DNA of 64,000 bases from an uncultured delta proteobacterium (GTDB lineage: Bacteria; Myxococcota_A; UBA9160; SZUA-336): assembly GCA_963704165.1 (NCBI GenBank), contig CAVPHD010000005.1, positions 244,905-308,904 of the forward strand, written 5' to 3'. The notes beneath the pieces are model-generated. The model was not told where the DNA came from. It did no database searches and was given only the letters and a program-made list of their open reading frames with translations. A program made the translations under genes and the position numbers. Positions 9,165-19,044 of the stretch are shown here, in pieces; position 1 is the stretch's first letter; each line of letters begins with the position of its first letter.

Positions 9165-10661
9165 CTACGTGCTCGGGATCAGTTTCGGATCGTCGGCGTG
9201 CAGAAGGGCGTCTTCGCGCGTCACGTCTCCCGACTTCACGAGCTGCATCAGCGACGTGTCGAGCAGGTTCATTCCCTGAGCGCTGCCCGTCTGCATCATC
9301 GATCGGATCTGGATCGTTTCGTTCTTCCGGATCAGATTTCCGACGGCGCGGTTCATGGTCAGAACCTCGACCGCAGGGGTCATGCCCTTTCCATTGGCGC
9401 GCGGCAGCAGGCGCTGCGAGACGACCGCGCGCAGCGACTCCGAGAGCATCGCGCGGGCCTGTTCCTGTTGGTCGGGCGGGAACGATCCGATCATCCGATT
9501 CACGGTGCGCAGCGCGTTGTCGGTGTGCAGCGTCGCGAGCACGAGGTGCCCGGTCTCCGCGGCGGTCATGGCGAGCGAGATCGTCTCGCGGTCACGCAAC
9601 TCCCCGATCACGATCACGTCGGGATCTTCGCGGAGTGCAGCTCGAAGCGCGCGCGCGAAGGACTCGGTGTGCCGCTTCACGTGGCGCTGATTCACGATGC
9701 AGCGCTTCGAGGGGTGGAGGTACTCGATCGGGTCCTCGACCGTCAGGATGTGCTCGGCGCGCTCCTCGTTGATCAGATTCACGAGCGCGGCCATCGTCGA
9801 GGACTTCCCGCACGCCGAAGGACCGGTGATCAGCACCATGCCTTGGTGGAAGTTCACGAACTTCGCGAACGCCGACGGCAGCCGCAGATCCGCCAACGTC
9901 GGCGGTTGGAGGGAGATGCGCCGCAGGGTCGCATCGAGCCCGCGGAGCTGGCGATAGACGTTCAAGCGGAAACGCGCGAGACCCTTGACGGTGTAGCTGA
10001 GGTCGATCTCGCCGTCGGACTCGAGTACCGCGCGCTCGTCCGCCGACAGAATCGGAAGGATCAGTCGCTCCGCATCGGCCTGCGTGACCTTCGTGTCGGG
10101 CACCTCACACAACGCGCCTCGCACTCGCACGTGCATCGTCGCGCCGCTGTGCAGGTGAACGTCGCTCGCGCCCCGGCCGGCGGCTTCGATCAACAGCGTG
10201 TCGAGACCGCGATCGAGAGCAATCGCGCCCATCGCGCTCGTCGTCGGGTTCGGGCGCGCGGGAATCGGGCTCACCTCGCGTGCCGTCGCCGGGGCGGGGA
10301 CGGCCTTCCGCGCATGCTCGCGGGCGGCCTGACCGTCCGTTTCCGTCCCGATCTCGACGGCGGGGCGCGCGACCGGCGGGGTCTGCGCAGCGACTCGAGG
10401 CTTCACCGCCGATTCGCCCGCGGCGGCCTTCTTCTGCTCGGCTCGCTCCAGGACGGCCTTCTGCAGATCGAGCGCCCGCTGGAGCTGCGTCGGGGAGAGA
10501 AATCCGAGCTCGACGAGCACTTCGCCCAACCGTTTCTCGACTCCACTGCGGCCCTGCTCGCGTGTCGCCTGCGCGAGCTGATCGACCGTGATCAGCTTCG
10601 CCGACAGCGCCACGCGGCCGAGCAGCTGGTCGGACGCGTCGGTGGTCGGGGAGTTGGGCAT
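9165..10661 (-). CDS. pilT: PilT-family ATPase with N-terminal MshEN-like (c-di-GMP-binding) domain and Pro/Ala linker
   Basis: ASDVHL, GPSACGKS, TVEDPIEY, ALREDPDVIVIGELRD, ATLHT. N-terminal RLGEVLVELGFLSPTQLQRALDLQ. Start chosen at ATG 10661. Confidence 0.85.
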   Translation of the reverse strand: MPNSPTTDASDQLLGRVALSAKLITVDQLAQATREQGRSGVEKRLGEVLVELGFLSPTQLQRALDLQKAVLERAEQKKAAAGESAVKPRVAAQTPPVARPAVEIGTETDGQAAREHARKAVPAPATAREVSPIPARPNPTTSAMGAIALDRGLDTLLIEAAGRGASDVHLHSGATMHVRVRGALCEVPDTKVTQADAERLILPILSADERAVLESDGEIDLSYTVKGLARFRLNVYRQLRGLDATLRRISLQPPTLADLRLPSAFAKFVNFHQGMVLITGPSACGKSSTMAALVNLINEERAEHILTVEDPIEYLHPSKRCIVNQRHVKRHTESFARALRAALREDPDVIVIGELRDRETISLAMTAAETGHLVLATLHTDNALRTVNRMIGSFPPDQQEQARAMLSESLRAVVSQRLLPRANGKGMTPAVEVLTMNRAVGNLIRKNETIQIRSMMQTGSAQGMNLLDTSLMQLVKSGDVTREDALLHADDPKLIPST

Positions 10662-10976
10662 GGGCGGCTGAGGTATCGGCAGCCGTTCGGTGCGTTGTGA
10701 GGGACGGGGGGCCTGCGATTGGATGTGGCGAACACCCCACGATCCGACTCCAGGGTCGGGGCGAATGTGGCGAAAACCCTGCAGCGTGCAGCAGATCGGC
10801 AAGCCAGCGCATTTAGATCAGATATTTCAACTAGTTAGACGAGATCGGCGACACCGGGGAAGGCGTTTCCGGAGCGCGGGGATCGACACGAAGAGCCGCT
10901 GGCGCGTCACGCGACGCTGTAGTTTCCCACTCTCATGCGGTAGGCTGGTGAAATCGCCTCGGAGGGACCCCCCGTA

Positions 10977-11672
10977 ATGCTCATGCGGAAGTTGCTCGGA
11001 TTCTGTACCCGGGCGCCAGCAGCGTTCGTCGCCTTGGCGCTGGGATTGGTCGCCCAGCCAAGCTTCGCATTGCCCGTCGTGTGCGAGCCGCCGGCTTGCG
11101 TCACCTGGGACTCCGGTACGAACGCCACCGGCAACAAGTACAGCTTCATCGCGTTGACCTACACGACGACGTGGACCGAAGCGGATGCGCTCGCGAAGGC
11201 GTCGCGTCTCTCCGACGGAAGCATCGGCCAGCTGGCGACGATCGCTTCCCAGGAGGAGCAGGACTTCATCAAGAACGCGGTGCTTCCGCCTACGGGAATC
11301 GGCGTGAACAAGAATCAGGTCTGGCTCGGCGGCAAGCAGGACGAGAATCAGTCCCCCTCCGCCGGCTGGAAGTGGCTGGTGAATTCCGAAGTGGCGCCGG
11401 AGGGTTGGGACTACCAGAACTGGACCTCGCCGGACGAGCCGAACGACGAGGGCGGCATCAACGAACGATTCCTCACGATGTGGGTTCACTACTACAAGAA
11501 CGGTGGGGATTGGCGCGGCACCTGGAACGACGAGCGAGACGTCGCGAATCCCGCGTCGCGAATCATTGGAATGATCGTCGAGTGGTGCCAGCCGAGCGTT
11601 CCCGAACCTGGGACCGCGGCGCTCGTCATCGCCGGCCTGGGTCTGCTCTCGCTACGCCGCCGGATTCGCTGA
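10977..11672 (+). CDS. C-type lectin-like domain protein with PEP-CTERM sorting signal
   Basis: Signal peptide, TWTEA..LATIASQEEQDFI..WLGG..WKW..NW...EPN..WND motifs, C-terminal VPEPGTAALVIAGLGLLSLRRR. Confidence 0.88.
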   Translation: MLMRKLLGFCTRAPAAFVALALGLVAQPSFALPVVCEPPACVTWDSGTNATGNKYSFIALTYTTTWTEADALAKASRLSDGSIGQLATIASQEEQDFIKNAVLPPTGIGVNKNQVWLGGKQDENQSPSAGWKWLVNSEVAPEGWDYQNWTSPDEPNDEGGINERFLTMWVHYYKNGGDWRGTWNDERDVANPASRIIGMIVEWCQPSVPEPGTAALVIAGLGLLSLRRRIR

Positions 11673-11721
11673 AGACGCCTGCGCACTGCGCCCCGCTGTA
11701 GACTCGATTCGAGGAGCTTCG

Positions 11722-12573
11722 ATGTCGGAGGCCCCGATCGACCGGCGCGTGCGCGCCCATGGGCTAGAGCTGCACTATCTGGACTGGGCGGGAACGGCCG
11801 GCCCGCCCGCGATCGCTTTGCACGGCTTCGCGCTGAACTGTCACTCGTGGGACGAGGTGGCCCCTAGGCTGCGCTCGCGCCTCCATCTGCTCGCGTTCGA
11901 CCAACGCGGACACGGTCTGTCGGATCGCGCGCCGCACGTCGAGGACTACACGCGAGAGAACATGGTCGCGGATCTCGAGTGCGCGACGCGTGAGCTCGGC
12001 CTGGCACCTGCGGTCGTGATCGGTCACAGCATGGGCGGCATGAACGCAATGACGTTCGCGGCGCGCAATCCCGACCGCGTTCGCGCGCTCGTGCTCGTGG
12101 ACGTCGGGCCCGAGGTGAGCGTCGATGGCGCTCGTGAAGTCGGCCGCTTCGTCGCCGGACCCTATGAGCTCGACTCACTCGACGCTTGGGTCGAGCACAC
12201 CCACCGCTACTACCCGTGGCGCTCGAAGGAGCGCATTCGGTCGCGTCTTGCCGTCTCGCTCCGCGAGACACCGGACGGCCGACTGGCGAAGCAATACGAC
12301 GCGCGCTTTCGGGACGGATTCCGAGGCATCACCGAGTCGCGCACCGATCCATACGAGGTCGCGCGCGCCCTTCGCTGCCCGACCCTGCTCGTGCACGGCG
12401 CGTCGAGCCCGGTATTGACGCGCGAGATGGCGGAGCGTTTCGCTGCCGCCGTGGACTGCGTCGAACTCGTGAGCATTCCGGGTGCGAGCCACTCCGTCGC
12501 CGGCGATGAGCCCGAGGCGTTCGTAGCGGCCGTGGAAGCCTTCCTCGACTCGGCTCTTGGCACTTCCGCGTGA
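11722..12573 (+). CDS. Alpha/beta fold hydrolase
   Basis: LHGF, DQRGHGLS, GHSMGG nucleophile elbow, C-terminal His (ASHSV). Confidence 0.9.
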   Translation: MSEAPIDRRVRAHGLELHYLDWAGTAGPPAIALHGFALNCHSWDEVAPRLRSRLHLLAFDQRGHGLSDRAPHVEDYTRENMVADLECATRELGLAPAVVIGHSMGGMNAMTFAARNPDRVRALVLVDVGPEVSVDGAREVGRFVAGPYELDSLDAWVEHTHRYYPWRSKERIRSRLAVSLRETPDGRLAKQYDARFRDGFRGITESRTDPYEVARALRCPTLLVHGASSPVLTREMAERFAAAVDCVELVSIPGASHSVAGDEPEAFVAAVEAFLDSALGTSA

Positions 12574-12848
12574 GCGATCTGCACGCGCTCTTCGATCCGG
12601 TCTGGGTTCGGATCGAGGCGCACGCGGGTGGCTTCTTCAAGACCGACGGGGGCCGCTGGTTCACGTACAAGATCGATGGCTCATTCGTCCTGCCGAGCCA
12701 GACGGAGGTGCGCATTCCGCGCTCGGACTTCGAGTTGGCGTTCCCGCTTCTGCCCGTGCGCGCGGCGAAGCTGAACAAGTTCGTGAAGGGCCCCGCGTAC
12801 GTCTGGGCGATCCTGCACGACCCTCGGATCTCGAACGGGGAGTGGTGA
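12570..12848 (+). CDS. Small hypothetical protein
   Basis: GTGA overlap with the hydrolase gene, host-like codon usage, globular-looking sequence (GPAYVWAILHDPRI). Confidence 0.65.
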   Translation: MSDLHALFDPVWVRIEAHAGGFFKTDGGRWFTYKIDGSFVLPSQTEVRIPRSDFELAFPLLPVRAAKLNKFVKGPAYVWAILHDPRISNGEW

Positions 12849-12859
12849 GGACGAGCGGA

Positions 12860-13666
12860 TCAGCCGCCTCGCAGCCAGCCGCACCCGTGCAGCGTCCGTC
12901 GGATCTCGTCGCCGAACACCGCCGGCGGATCCATCTCCTGCGTCATCACCGCGACGCCGTCCGCGAGCCCCGACGCCCGTAGCGCGTCGAGGGTCGCTTC
13001 GAAGAGCGCAAAGCCGCTCGCCGTGCCGCCTCGCACGAGCTTCGCGACGAAGGCGTCGGGAAGCGGTACACGCAGGCGAAGCGCGAGCTTCTCCGCGGAC
13101 GCGGCCGAGACGACCGGAATCACCATCGGCACGATCGAGACGTCGGGCGCGCGTGCCCGGATCCGTTCTGCGACACGTTGAAGTGTCGAGACCTCGAAGA
13201 TCGGCTGGGTCTGTACGAACGTCGCACCCGCGTCCAGCTTCGGCCAGAGATTGGCGAGCGAACGCTCCGGATCGAGATACGGATTCAGCGTGACGCCGAC
13301 TCGGGCGAAGGGAAGCGCGGTGCGAATGCGCCCGGCGATCGTTCGGAGCGTGGGGGTGTCGGTCCCGTCCGGAGGACCGGCCTCGCCTCGAACGACGAGC
13401 GCGGCCTTCACGCCGGACTCGGCGGCGCGCGCGATCTCGGCATCGATCTCGGCGGATGCGCGGCCGCGATTGGTGACGTGCCAGACGGCGGAGACCCCCG
13501 CGTCTTCGAGCTCGATCGAGGCGTCGAGGCTCGTCTGCCGCCCGGGGCGCTGAATCACGTGCACGGTCGAAGCGGAGCTTCCGAGCAGGCGCGCCCGGCG
13601 CAGCAGGACTTCCGCCCGCTGCCGCGCGGGCGGCGTGATCTCCAGAGCGACACCGTACGGCGTCAC
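12860..13666 (-). CDS. Methylenetetrahydrofolate reductase (MetF)-like protein
   Basis: LEITPP, WHVTNR, LVVRGE, KLDAGATFVQTQPIF. GTG start overlaps the LysR stop. Confidence 0.72.
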   Translation of the reverse strand: MTPYGVALEITPPARQRAEVLLRRARLLGSSASTVHVIQRPGRQTSLDASIELEDAGVSAVWHVTNRGRASAEIDAEIARAAESGVKAALVVRGEAGPPDGTDTPTLRTIAGRIRTALPFARVGVTLNPYLDPERSLANLWPKLDAGATFVQTQPIFEVSTLQRVAERIRARAPDVSIVPMVIPVVSAASAEKLALRLRVPLPDAFVAKLVRGGTASGFALFEATLDALRASGLADGVAVMTQEMDPPAVFGDEIRRTLHGCGWLRGG

Positions 13667-14571
13667 TCGGAGTCCCCGAGCTCGGAGACCAGCGTCTCGC
13701 GGAAGGCCTCGAGCGTCGCGTTTCTCCAGGCGCCCGCCGATTCCTCGAGCCAGACCGCATCGTCGAGGTCGGTGCGCGGACCGCGGATCTCGTGCAGGTC
13801 GCCGGCACGGATGTGCGGTTCTGCGAGCGATCGAGGCAGGACGGCCGCGCCCGCACCGAGCAGCGCGAGTTCGAGGGCCATGTCCGTCGTCGCTGCCCAG
13901 ACCTTCACGTCGGCCGAGACGCGGCGACGCGGGAAGTGGTGCGCGAGCCAACGCCCGATCAGCGGGGTCGCGGGGTAGTAATCGACGACGGCGCGACCGC
14001 GGATCCACTCGGAATCGATCCGCCCGCGCGGTGGCCGCTCGTTCGAGACGAGAACGAGCTTCTGGCGAAAAAGGACGCTCGAGCGGATGCGCTTCGAGGC
14101 GAATCGGCCTCCCCGCAAACTCAACGCGAAGTCGAGGCGATTGCCGACGAGAAGCTCGCGAAGCTCCGCGTGCGATCCGAAACCGAGCTTCACGGTCGCC
14201 TCTGGATACCGCGACGTGAAGGCGGCGACGATTCGCGCGACTTGCGCCCGAGACGCGCCGAGGAAGAGGCCGAGCCGGGCGACGCCGCGCACCGCTCGCT
14301 CCTCGTTCACGACCTGTGCGAGCGCGTGGCGAAGCTCCTCGTTCACGGGGCCGAAGAGCCGCGCCAGCGTGCGGCCCTCGCCGGTCAGGACCAGCCGCCG
14401 GCCGACGCGGTCGAAGAGGCGAACTCCCAGCGATGCCTCGAGCGCAGCGAGGCTCTGGCTCACCGCGGAGCGCGTGAGCGAGAGCTGGCGCGCGGCGCTG
14501 CTGACGCCACCGCGCTCCGCGACCGCGGCGAACGTCCGCAGCTTGTTGAGGTCGATCCTGTCAAGATCCAC
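13663..14571 (-). CDS. LysR family transcriptional regulator
   Basis: DLNKLRTFAAVAERGGVSSAARQLSLTRSAVSQSLAALEASLGVRLFDR helix-turn-helix. Confidence 0.93.
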   Translation of the reverse strand: MDLDRIDLNKLRTFAAVAERGGVSSAARQLSLTRSAVSQSLAALEASLGVRLFDRVGRRLVLTGEGRTLARLFGPVNEELRHALAQVVNEERAVRGVARLGLFLGASRAQVARIVAAFTSRYPEATVKLGFGSHAELRELLVGNRLDFALSLRGGRFASKRIRSSVLFRQKLVLVSNERPPRGRIDSEWIRGRAVVDYYPATPLIGRWLAHHFPRRRVSADVKVWAATTDMALELALLGAGAAVLPRSLAEPHIRAGDLHEIRGPRTDLDDAVWLEESAGAWRNATLEAFRETLVSELGDSE

Positions 14572-14654
14572 TGGACGAACCTGGCTGACAATTCAGCTCG
14601 CCTAATCTACCAGAATCCCGCTACGATCCCCGGCGAGCACCGATCGGAGACGAG

Positions 14655-15029
14655 TTGGCCGTTCTCGAGTTCAGGGGAGCGCGATTGGAGGTGCAGCTCG
14701 GCTGCACGGATTCCGAGCGAGCGCGGCCGCAGGCGGTCGATCTCGATCTCGCGATCCGCTTTGCCGAGCTGCCGAGCGCCTGCACGAGCGACAAGCTCGC
14801 GGACACGGTCTGCTACGCCGAGCTGATCGAGGTCGCGCGGTCGCTCTGCGCGGGGCGCGAGTTCCATCTGGTGGAGCGCCTTGCCCACGAGCTCTTCGGC
14901 CGTCTGCGCGTCCTCGTTCCGCCCGGTGCCGATCTCTGGCTCCGGGTGACGAAGCTCCACCCGCCGGTCGACGGGCTCGCGGGCGGGGTGGCCTTCTCGC
15001 TCGGCGAATTCGACGGATCCACCCGCTAG
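14655..15029 (+). CDS. folB: Dihydroneopterin aldolase
   Basis: [43 protein letters not shown]. Confidence 0.85.
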   Translation: MAVLEFRGARLEVQLGCTDSERARPQAVDLDLAIRFAELPSACTSDKLADTVCYAELIEVARSLCAGREFHLVERLAHELFGRLRVLVPPGADLWLRVTKLHPPVDGLAGGVAFSLGEFDGSTR

Positions 15030-15039
15030 AATCACGTCC

Positions 15040-16398
15040 GTGGCCCAGTACGACTTCGACCTGTTCACCATCGGCGCGGGCTCCGGCGGCGTGCGTGCGA
15101 GCCGGATGTCCGCTGGCTACGGCGCACGGGTCGCGGTGGCCGAGGAAAGCCATCTCGGCGGGACGTGCGTCAACGTCGGCTGCATCCCGAAAAAGCTCCT
15201 CGTCTACGCATCGGAGTACGCGGAGCACTTTGCGGACGCCGCAGGCTTCGGTTGGAGCGTGGGCGAGAGCACGTTCGATTGGGCCCGCCTGATCGAGAAC
15301 AAGGATCGGGAGATCGCTCGGCTGAATTCGGTGTACGCGCGCCTGCTCGACGAAGCGGGGGTGAAGCGGGTCGAAGGCCGCGCGCGCATCGTCGATCCCC
15401 ACACCGTAGAAGTCTCGGGACGCACCTACACCGCGGCAAACCTGCTGGTCGCGACGGGAGGCTGGCCCTCGCTTCCCGCGATTCCCGGAATCGAGCACGC
15501 GATCACCTCGAACGAGGCGTTCCACCTGAAGGAGCTTCCGCGGAGCGTCGTCGTGGTCGGCGGTGGCTACATCGCCGTCGAGTTCGCCGGTATCTTCAAT
15601 GGCCTCGGCTCTCTCACCACCGAGCTGTATCGCGGTGAGCTCTTCATGCGTGGATTCGACGAGGACCTTCGGCGCGCACTGGCGGAAGAGATGAGGAGGA
15701 AGGGCGTCGATCTTCGCTTCGGCGCCAACGTCGCTCGAATCGAGAAGCGAGGCGGAGCGCTTCGGGTTCGGCTCGAAGACGAGTCCGTGATCGAAGCCGA
15801 GCAGGTCCTCTACGCGACCGGACGCGTTCCCAAGGTCGCCGGGCTCGGCCTGGAGCAGGCCGGCGTGGCGCTCGACCGCGTCGGCGCCGTCATCGTCGAT
15901 GCCTTCATGCGCACGTCCGTGCCGAGCATCTGGGCGATCGGGGACGTCACCAACCGGTTGAACCTGACGCCGGTTGCGATTCACGAAGGCATGGCGGTCG
16001 CAGCCACGCTCTTCGCGGGCCGTCCCACGCCGCCCGATCACGACGACGTCCCCACGGCCGTGTTCAGCCAGCCGTCGATCGGAACCGTCGGATTGACCGA
16101 GTCCGCCGCACGCGAGACGTTGGGCGAGGTCGACATCTACCGCACGAGCTTTCGATCGCTGCGAAACACGCTGACCGGGAGCGAGGAGAAGACGCTGATG
16201 AAGCTCGTGGTCGATCGCGCGAGCCAGCGCGTCGTCGGCGCGCACATGCTCGGACCCGAGGCTGGCGAGATCATTCAGGGTGTCGCGATCGCGATGAAGT
16301 GCCGCGCGACCAAGGCCATCTTCGATTCCACGCTCGGAATCCATCCGACCGCGGCGGAGGAGTTCGTGACCATGCGAACCCCGGTCGCGAACGCGTGA
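15040..16398 (+). CDS. gor: Glutathione-disulfide reductase
   Basis: [32 protein letters not shown]-terminal [14 protein letters not shown]. Confidence 0.95.
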   Translation: MAQYDFDLFTIGAGSGGVRASRMSAGYGARVAVAEESHLGGTCVNVGCIPKKLLVYASEYAEHFADAAGFGWSVGESTFDWARLIENKDREIARLNSVYARLLDEAGVKRVEGRARIVDPHTVEVSGRTYTAANLLVATGGWPSLPAIPGIEHAITSNEAFHLKELPRSVVVVGGGYIAVEFAGIFNGLGSLTTELYRGELFMRGFDEDLRRALAEEMRRKGVDLRFGANVARIEKRGGALRVRLEDESVIEAEQVLYATGRVPKVAGLGLEQAGVALDRVGAVIVDAFMRTSVPSIWAIGDVTNRLNLTPVAIHEGMAVAATLFAGRPTPPDHDDVPTAVFSQPSIGTVGLTESAARETLGEVDIYRTSFRSLRNTLTGSEEKTLMKLVVDRASQRVVGAHMLGPEAGEIIQGVAIAMKCRATKAIFDSTLGIHPTAAEEFVTMRTPVANA

Positions 16399-16449
16399 GA
16401 GCGGGCGCGCAGCGTTACACGGAACGGTGGAAGGATCTGCCGATGCACG

Positions 16450-16479
16450 TTGACACGCCGGAGTTGGTTCGGATAGCGT
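16450..16479 (+). promoter_or_regulatory. Putative sigma70 promoter of the leader ORF / metal uptake operon
   Basis: TTGACA (16450-16455)-N18-TAGCGT (16474-16479), 8 nt before GTG 16488. Confidence 0.55.
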
Positions 16480-16487
16480 CGCCGCAG

Positions 16488-16811
16488 GTGGTCGGGATCA
16501 TTCGGACGGACGGGCGACCGCGACGCGCAGCGCAGCTCCGCAGCATTGCGCTCGTCGCCCTGCTCGCCATCGCATCGACCGCGCTGCTACCCCTCGTGCA
16601 CGCTTCATTCGACCACGCAGGCGATTGCGGTGTCTGCAGCGTCTTCGCGCACGATGCGAGCAGCGTCGCCGACGTCGGTCCGAATCCCGGGCTTGCGCCG
16701 ACCTCCGTCGGCCCCGAGGTCGACGCATGCGAACCCGAGGCGGCTCTCCCGCGCCTCTCGGTCGACCGTCACGGCGCGCGCGCACCTCCCGCGATCTTCG
16801 TCGCCGTCTGA
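16488..16811 (+). CDS. DUF2946/CruR-like leader protein (TM segment, HxxxxHxxxCxxC, C-terminal RAPP)
   Basis: IALVALLAIASTALLPLVHASFDHAGDCGVC...HGARAPPAIFVAV. Start uncertain (GTG 16488 or ATG 16443). Confidence 0.72.
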   Translation: MVGIIRTDGRPRRAAQLRSIALVALLAIASTALLPLVHASFDHAGDCGVCSVFAHDASSVADVGPNPGLAPTSVGPEVDACEPEAALPRLSVDRHGARAPPAIFVAV

Positions 16812-16889
16812 GTCGAACTCCACGACCGTTGCCCAGCGCCCGCGCCGCGCGGACGGCTCTTCGGGCAAGCTCTACCCGACGGAGGATGC

Positions 16890-18146
16890 ATGACCCACGC
16901 CCGAACTCACGTATGCGTTGCCGCATTCGCACTCGCGATCTCACTCGCACCGGAAAACGCCTCGAGCGCGGAGAGCGAGGTCGACCTGCTCCGAAGCGAA
17001 CTCTCGACGACGAAGAGGGACCTCGCGGAGACGCGAGAAGTGCTCGCGCGCACGATCCAGCTCGTTGACGACCTCTCGCGCAAGGTCGACGACGTCGCCT
17101 CTCGCGCGAAGTCCGAGGACGAATCGCGCGTGCCGAAAGCCGACGAGACCGCGCGATTGCCGCCGGTGAATGCGAACAACCCGGCGATCAGCTTCGTGGT
17201 CGATGGCAAGGCGCGATCGGACACCTCGGGCGATGGGGGCGTCGGCTTCCTGCTCGGATCCGCGGAGCTCTTCATCTCCGCGCCGATCGATCCCTGGCTG
17301 CGCGGCTACATCAGCATCAACGCGACGAGCGACGATTCGTTCGACGTCGAGGAGGCCGCGCTCGTGACGACCGCGCTCCCGTGGAATCTCGAAGTGAAGG
17401 GTGGCCGGCTCTTCGCGGACGTCGGCCGATTTCCACACTGGCACGACGAGGCGCTGCCGTTCGCGGAGCGACCCCAATCGATCGATCGCATCTTCGGGGG
17501 CGAGACGGGCGCGGAGGGAGTCGAGATCTCGTGGCTCGCACCGATCGACCACTTCGTCGCGCTGAAGGCGGGCGTCTACAATTCGATCGGGGAGCTTCCG
17601 GAGGGGTTCGAGAGCTTCGTCGGGCAGCCGTCGTACAGCGAGCTCACGTATCTGCTCCGCCCCCACACCTACGTCGACCTCACCGACAGCCTCAACGCGG
17701 AATTCGGCGGCAGCTACGTCGCGGCTCCGAGCGAAACGCGAAGGCGGCTCTACGGCGTCGACGTCGTACTTCGGCACCAGCCCGGCTCGAGCTCGTTCTA
17801 CCAGGGAACCGCCGTCGGTTCGGAGTGGTACTGGAACGATCAGGAGTTCCTCGACGCGGGGGGCGGCTCGAGTCGCTTCCGACGCAACGGCGGCTACGCG
17901 TATTTCGAGAGCTTCTTCGGACGCTCGTTCTCGGCTGGTCTTCTCTTCGATCACGCCGAGGAGATCGCCGACGACACGCTCCGTGAGAACACCTACGCCG
18001 GATTCGTCACGTGGAAGCCCTCGGAGTTCCAGCGCCTGCGCTTCCAACTCGGCGAGATCGACCAACCCGGGCCCAACGATCTGCGCTTCTGGCTGCAGTG
18101 GACCGCCTTCATCGGGAGTCACACGCATGGCTTCGCCAATCGCTAG
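16890..18146 (+). CDS. Outer-membrane beta-barrel (porin-like) of a metal uptake operon, with N-terminal coiled coil
   Basis: Signal peptide, coiled coil, NPAIS, AELFISAPIDP, EEAAL, HWHDEALPF, C-terminal LQWTAFIGSHTHGF. GGAGG Shine-Dalgarno. Confidence 0.75.
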   Translation: MTHARTHVCVAAFALAISLAPENASSAESEVDLLRSELSTTKRDLAETREVLARTIQLVDDLSRKVDDVASRAKSEDESRVPKADETARLPPVNANNPAISFVVDGKARSDTSGDGGVGFLLGSAELFISAPIDPWLRGYISINATSDDSFDVEEAALVTTALPWNLEVKGGRLFADVGRFPHWHDEALPFAERPQSIDRIFGGETGAEGVEISWLAPIDHFVALKAGVYNSIGELPEGFESFVGQPSYSELTYLLRPHTYVDLTDSLNAEFGGSYVAAPSETRRRLYGVDVVLRHQPGSSSFYQGTAVGSEWYWNDQEFLDAGGGSSRFRRNGGYAYFESFFGRSFSAGLLFDHAEEIADDTLRENTYAGFVTWKPSEFQRLRFQLGEIDQPGPNDLRFWLQWTAFIGSHTHGFANR

Positions 18147-19044
18147 CACGCTCTTCGCTCTCGCGGTCACGCTGCGCGTGGTCGCCAGCACGCCGGACGT
18201 CGCCGACATGACGCGTCAGATCGGAGGCGATCGCGTCGAGGTCACGACGATCGCGGAAGGCAGGCAGGATCCTCACAAGGTCCCCGTGAAGCCGAGCTTC
18301 GTCACGAAGCTGAACCGCGCCGACATCCTGGTCGTGCACGGACTCGGACTCGAGGACGCGTTCCTCCCCGCACTGCTCGAGGCTTCGCGAAACCCGCGGA
18401 TCGCACCGGGAATGCCGGCGTACATCGACAGTTCGCTCTACGTCGAGGCACTCGAGGTTCCGAGCAGTACCGACCGCAGTCAGGGCGAGCTGCACCCGCT
18501 CGGCAATCCGCACTTCAACATGGATCCCGCACAGGGCAAGCGGATGGCCCGCGCGATCGCGGAGGGACTGGAGCGCGTGGATCCGGCCGGAGCCACCGTC
18601 TACCGCGAGGGCCTGGCCAGATTCACCGCGCAGATCGACGAGAAGATCCCTGTCTGGCTCGAGCTCGCGGAGCCGCTTCGGGGAACGAGGGCGGTCTCCT
18701 ACCATCGGGATCTGGTCTACTTCGCGCGGTTCTTCGGGCTCGTTCTCGCGGGAACGATCGAAACCCGACCCGGTGTGCCCGCGACACCTCGGCACGTCGC
18801 GCAGCTGATCGCGCGGATGAAGGCCGACGGGGTCCGGCTCGTGATCCGGGAGGTCGCGTACGAGATGCCGCTCGCCGAAGCCGTTGCCGCGAAGTCCGGC
18901 GCGCGGGTCGCGACCGTGGCCACGCTGACCGGCGGGCTTCCGGGCGCGGACACCTACATCGCCTTCGTCGAAGCGAACCTGCGCGCGGTGCTCGCGGCGG
19001 CCGCGCCCGCGGAGCCCCGCGAGCCGGTCGGCGGCGACGAATGA
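18127..19044 (+). CDS. Zn/Mn ABC transporter substrate-binding protein (cluster A-I)
   Basis: RVVAST, QDPH, HPLGNPHFNMDP, SYH metal-ligand motifs. Confidence 0.9.
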   Translation: MASPIASTLFALAVTLRVVASTPDVADMTRQIGGDRVEVTTIAEGRQDPHKVPVKPSFVTKLNRADILVVHGLGLEDAFLPALLEASRNPRIAPGMPAYIDSSLYVEALEVPSSTDRSQGELHPLGNPHFNMDPAQGKRMARAIAEGLERVDPAGATVYREGLARFTAQIDEKIPVWLELAEPLRGTRAVSYHRDLVYFARFFGLVLAGTIETRPGVPATPRHVAQLIARMKADGVRLVIREVAYEMPLAEAVAAKSGARVATVATLTGGLPGADTYIAFVEANLRAVLAAAAPAEPREPVGGDE

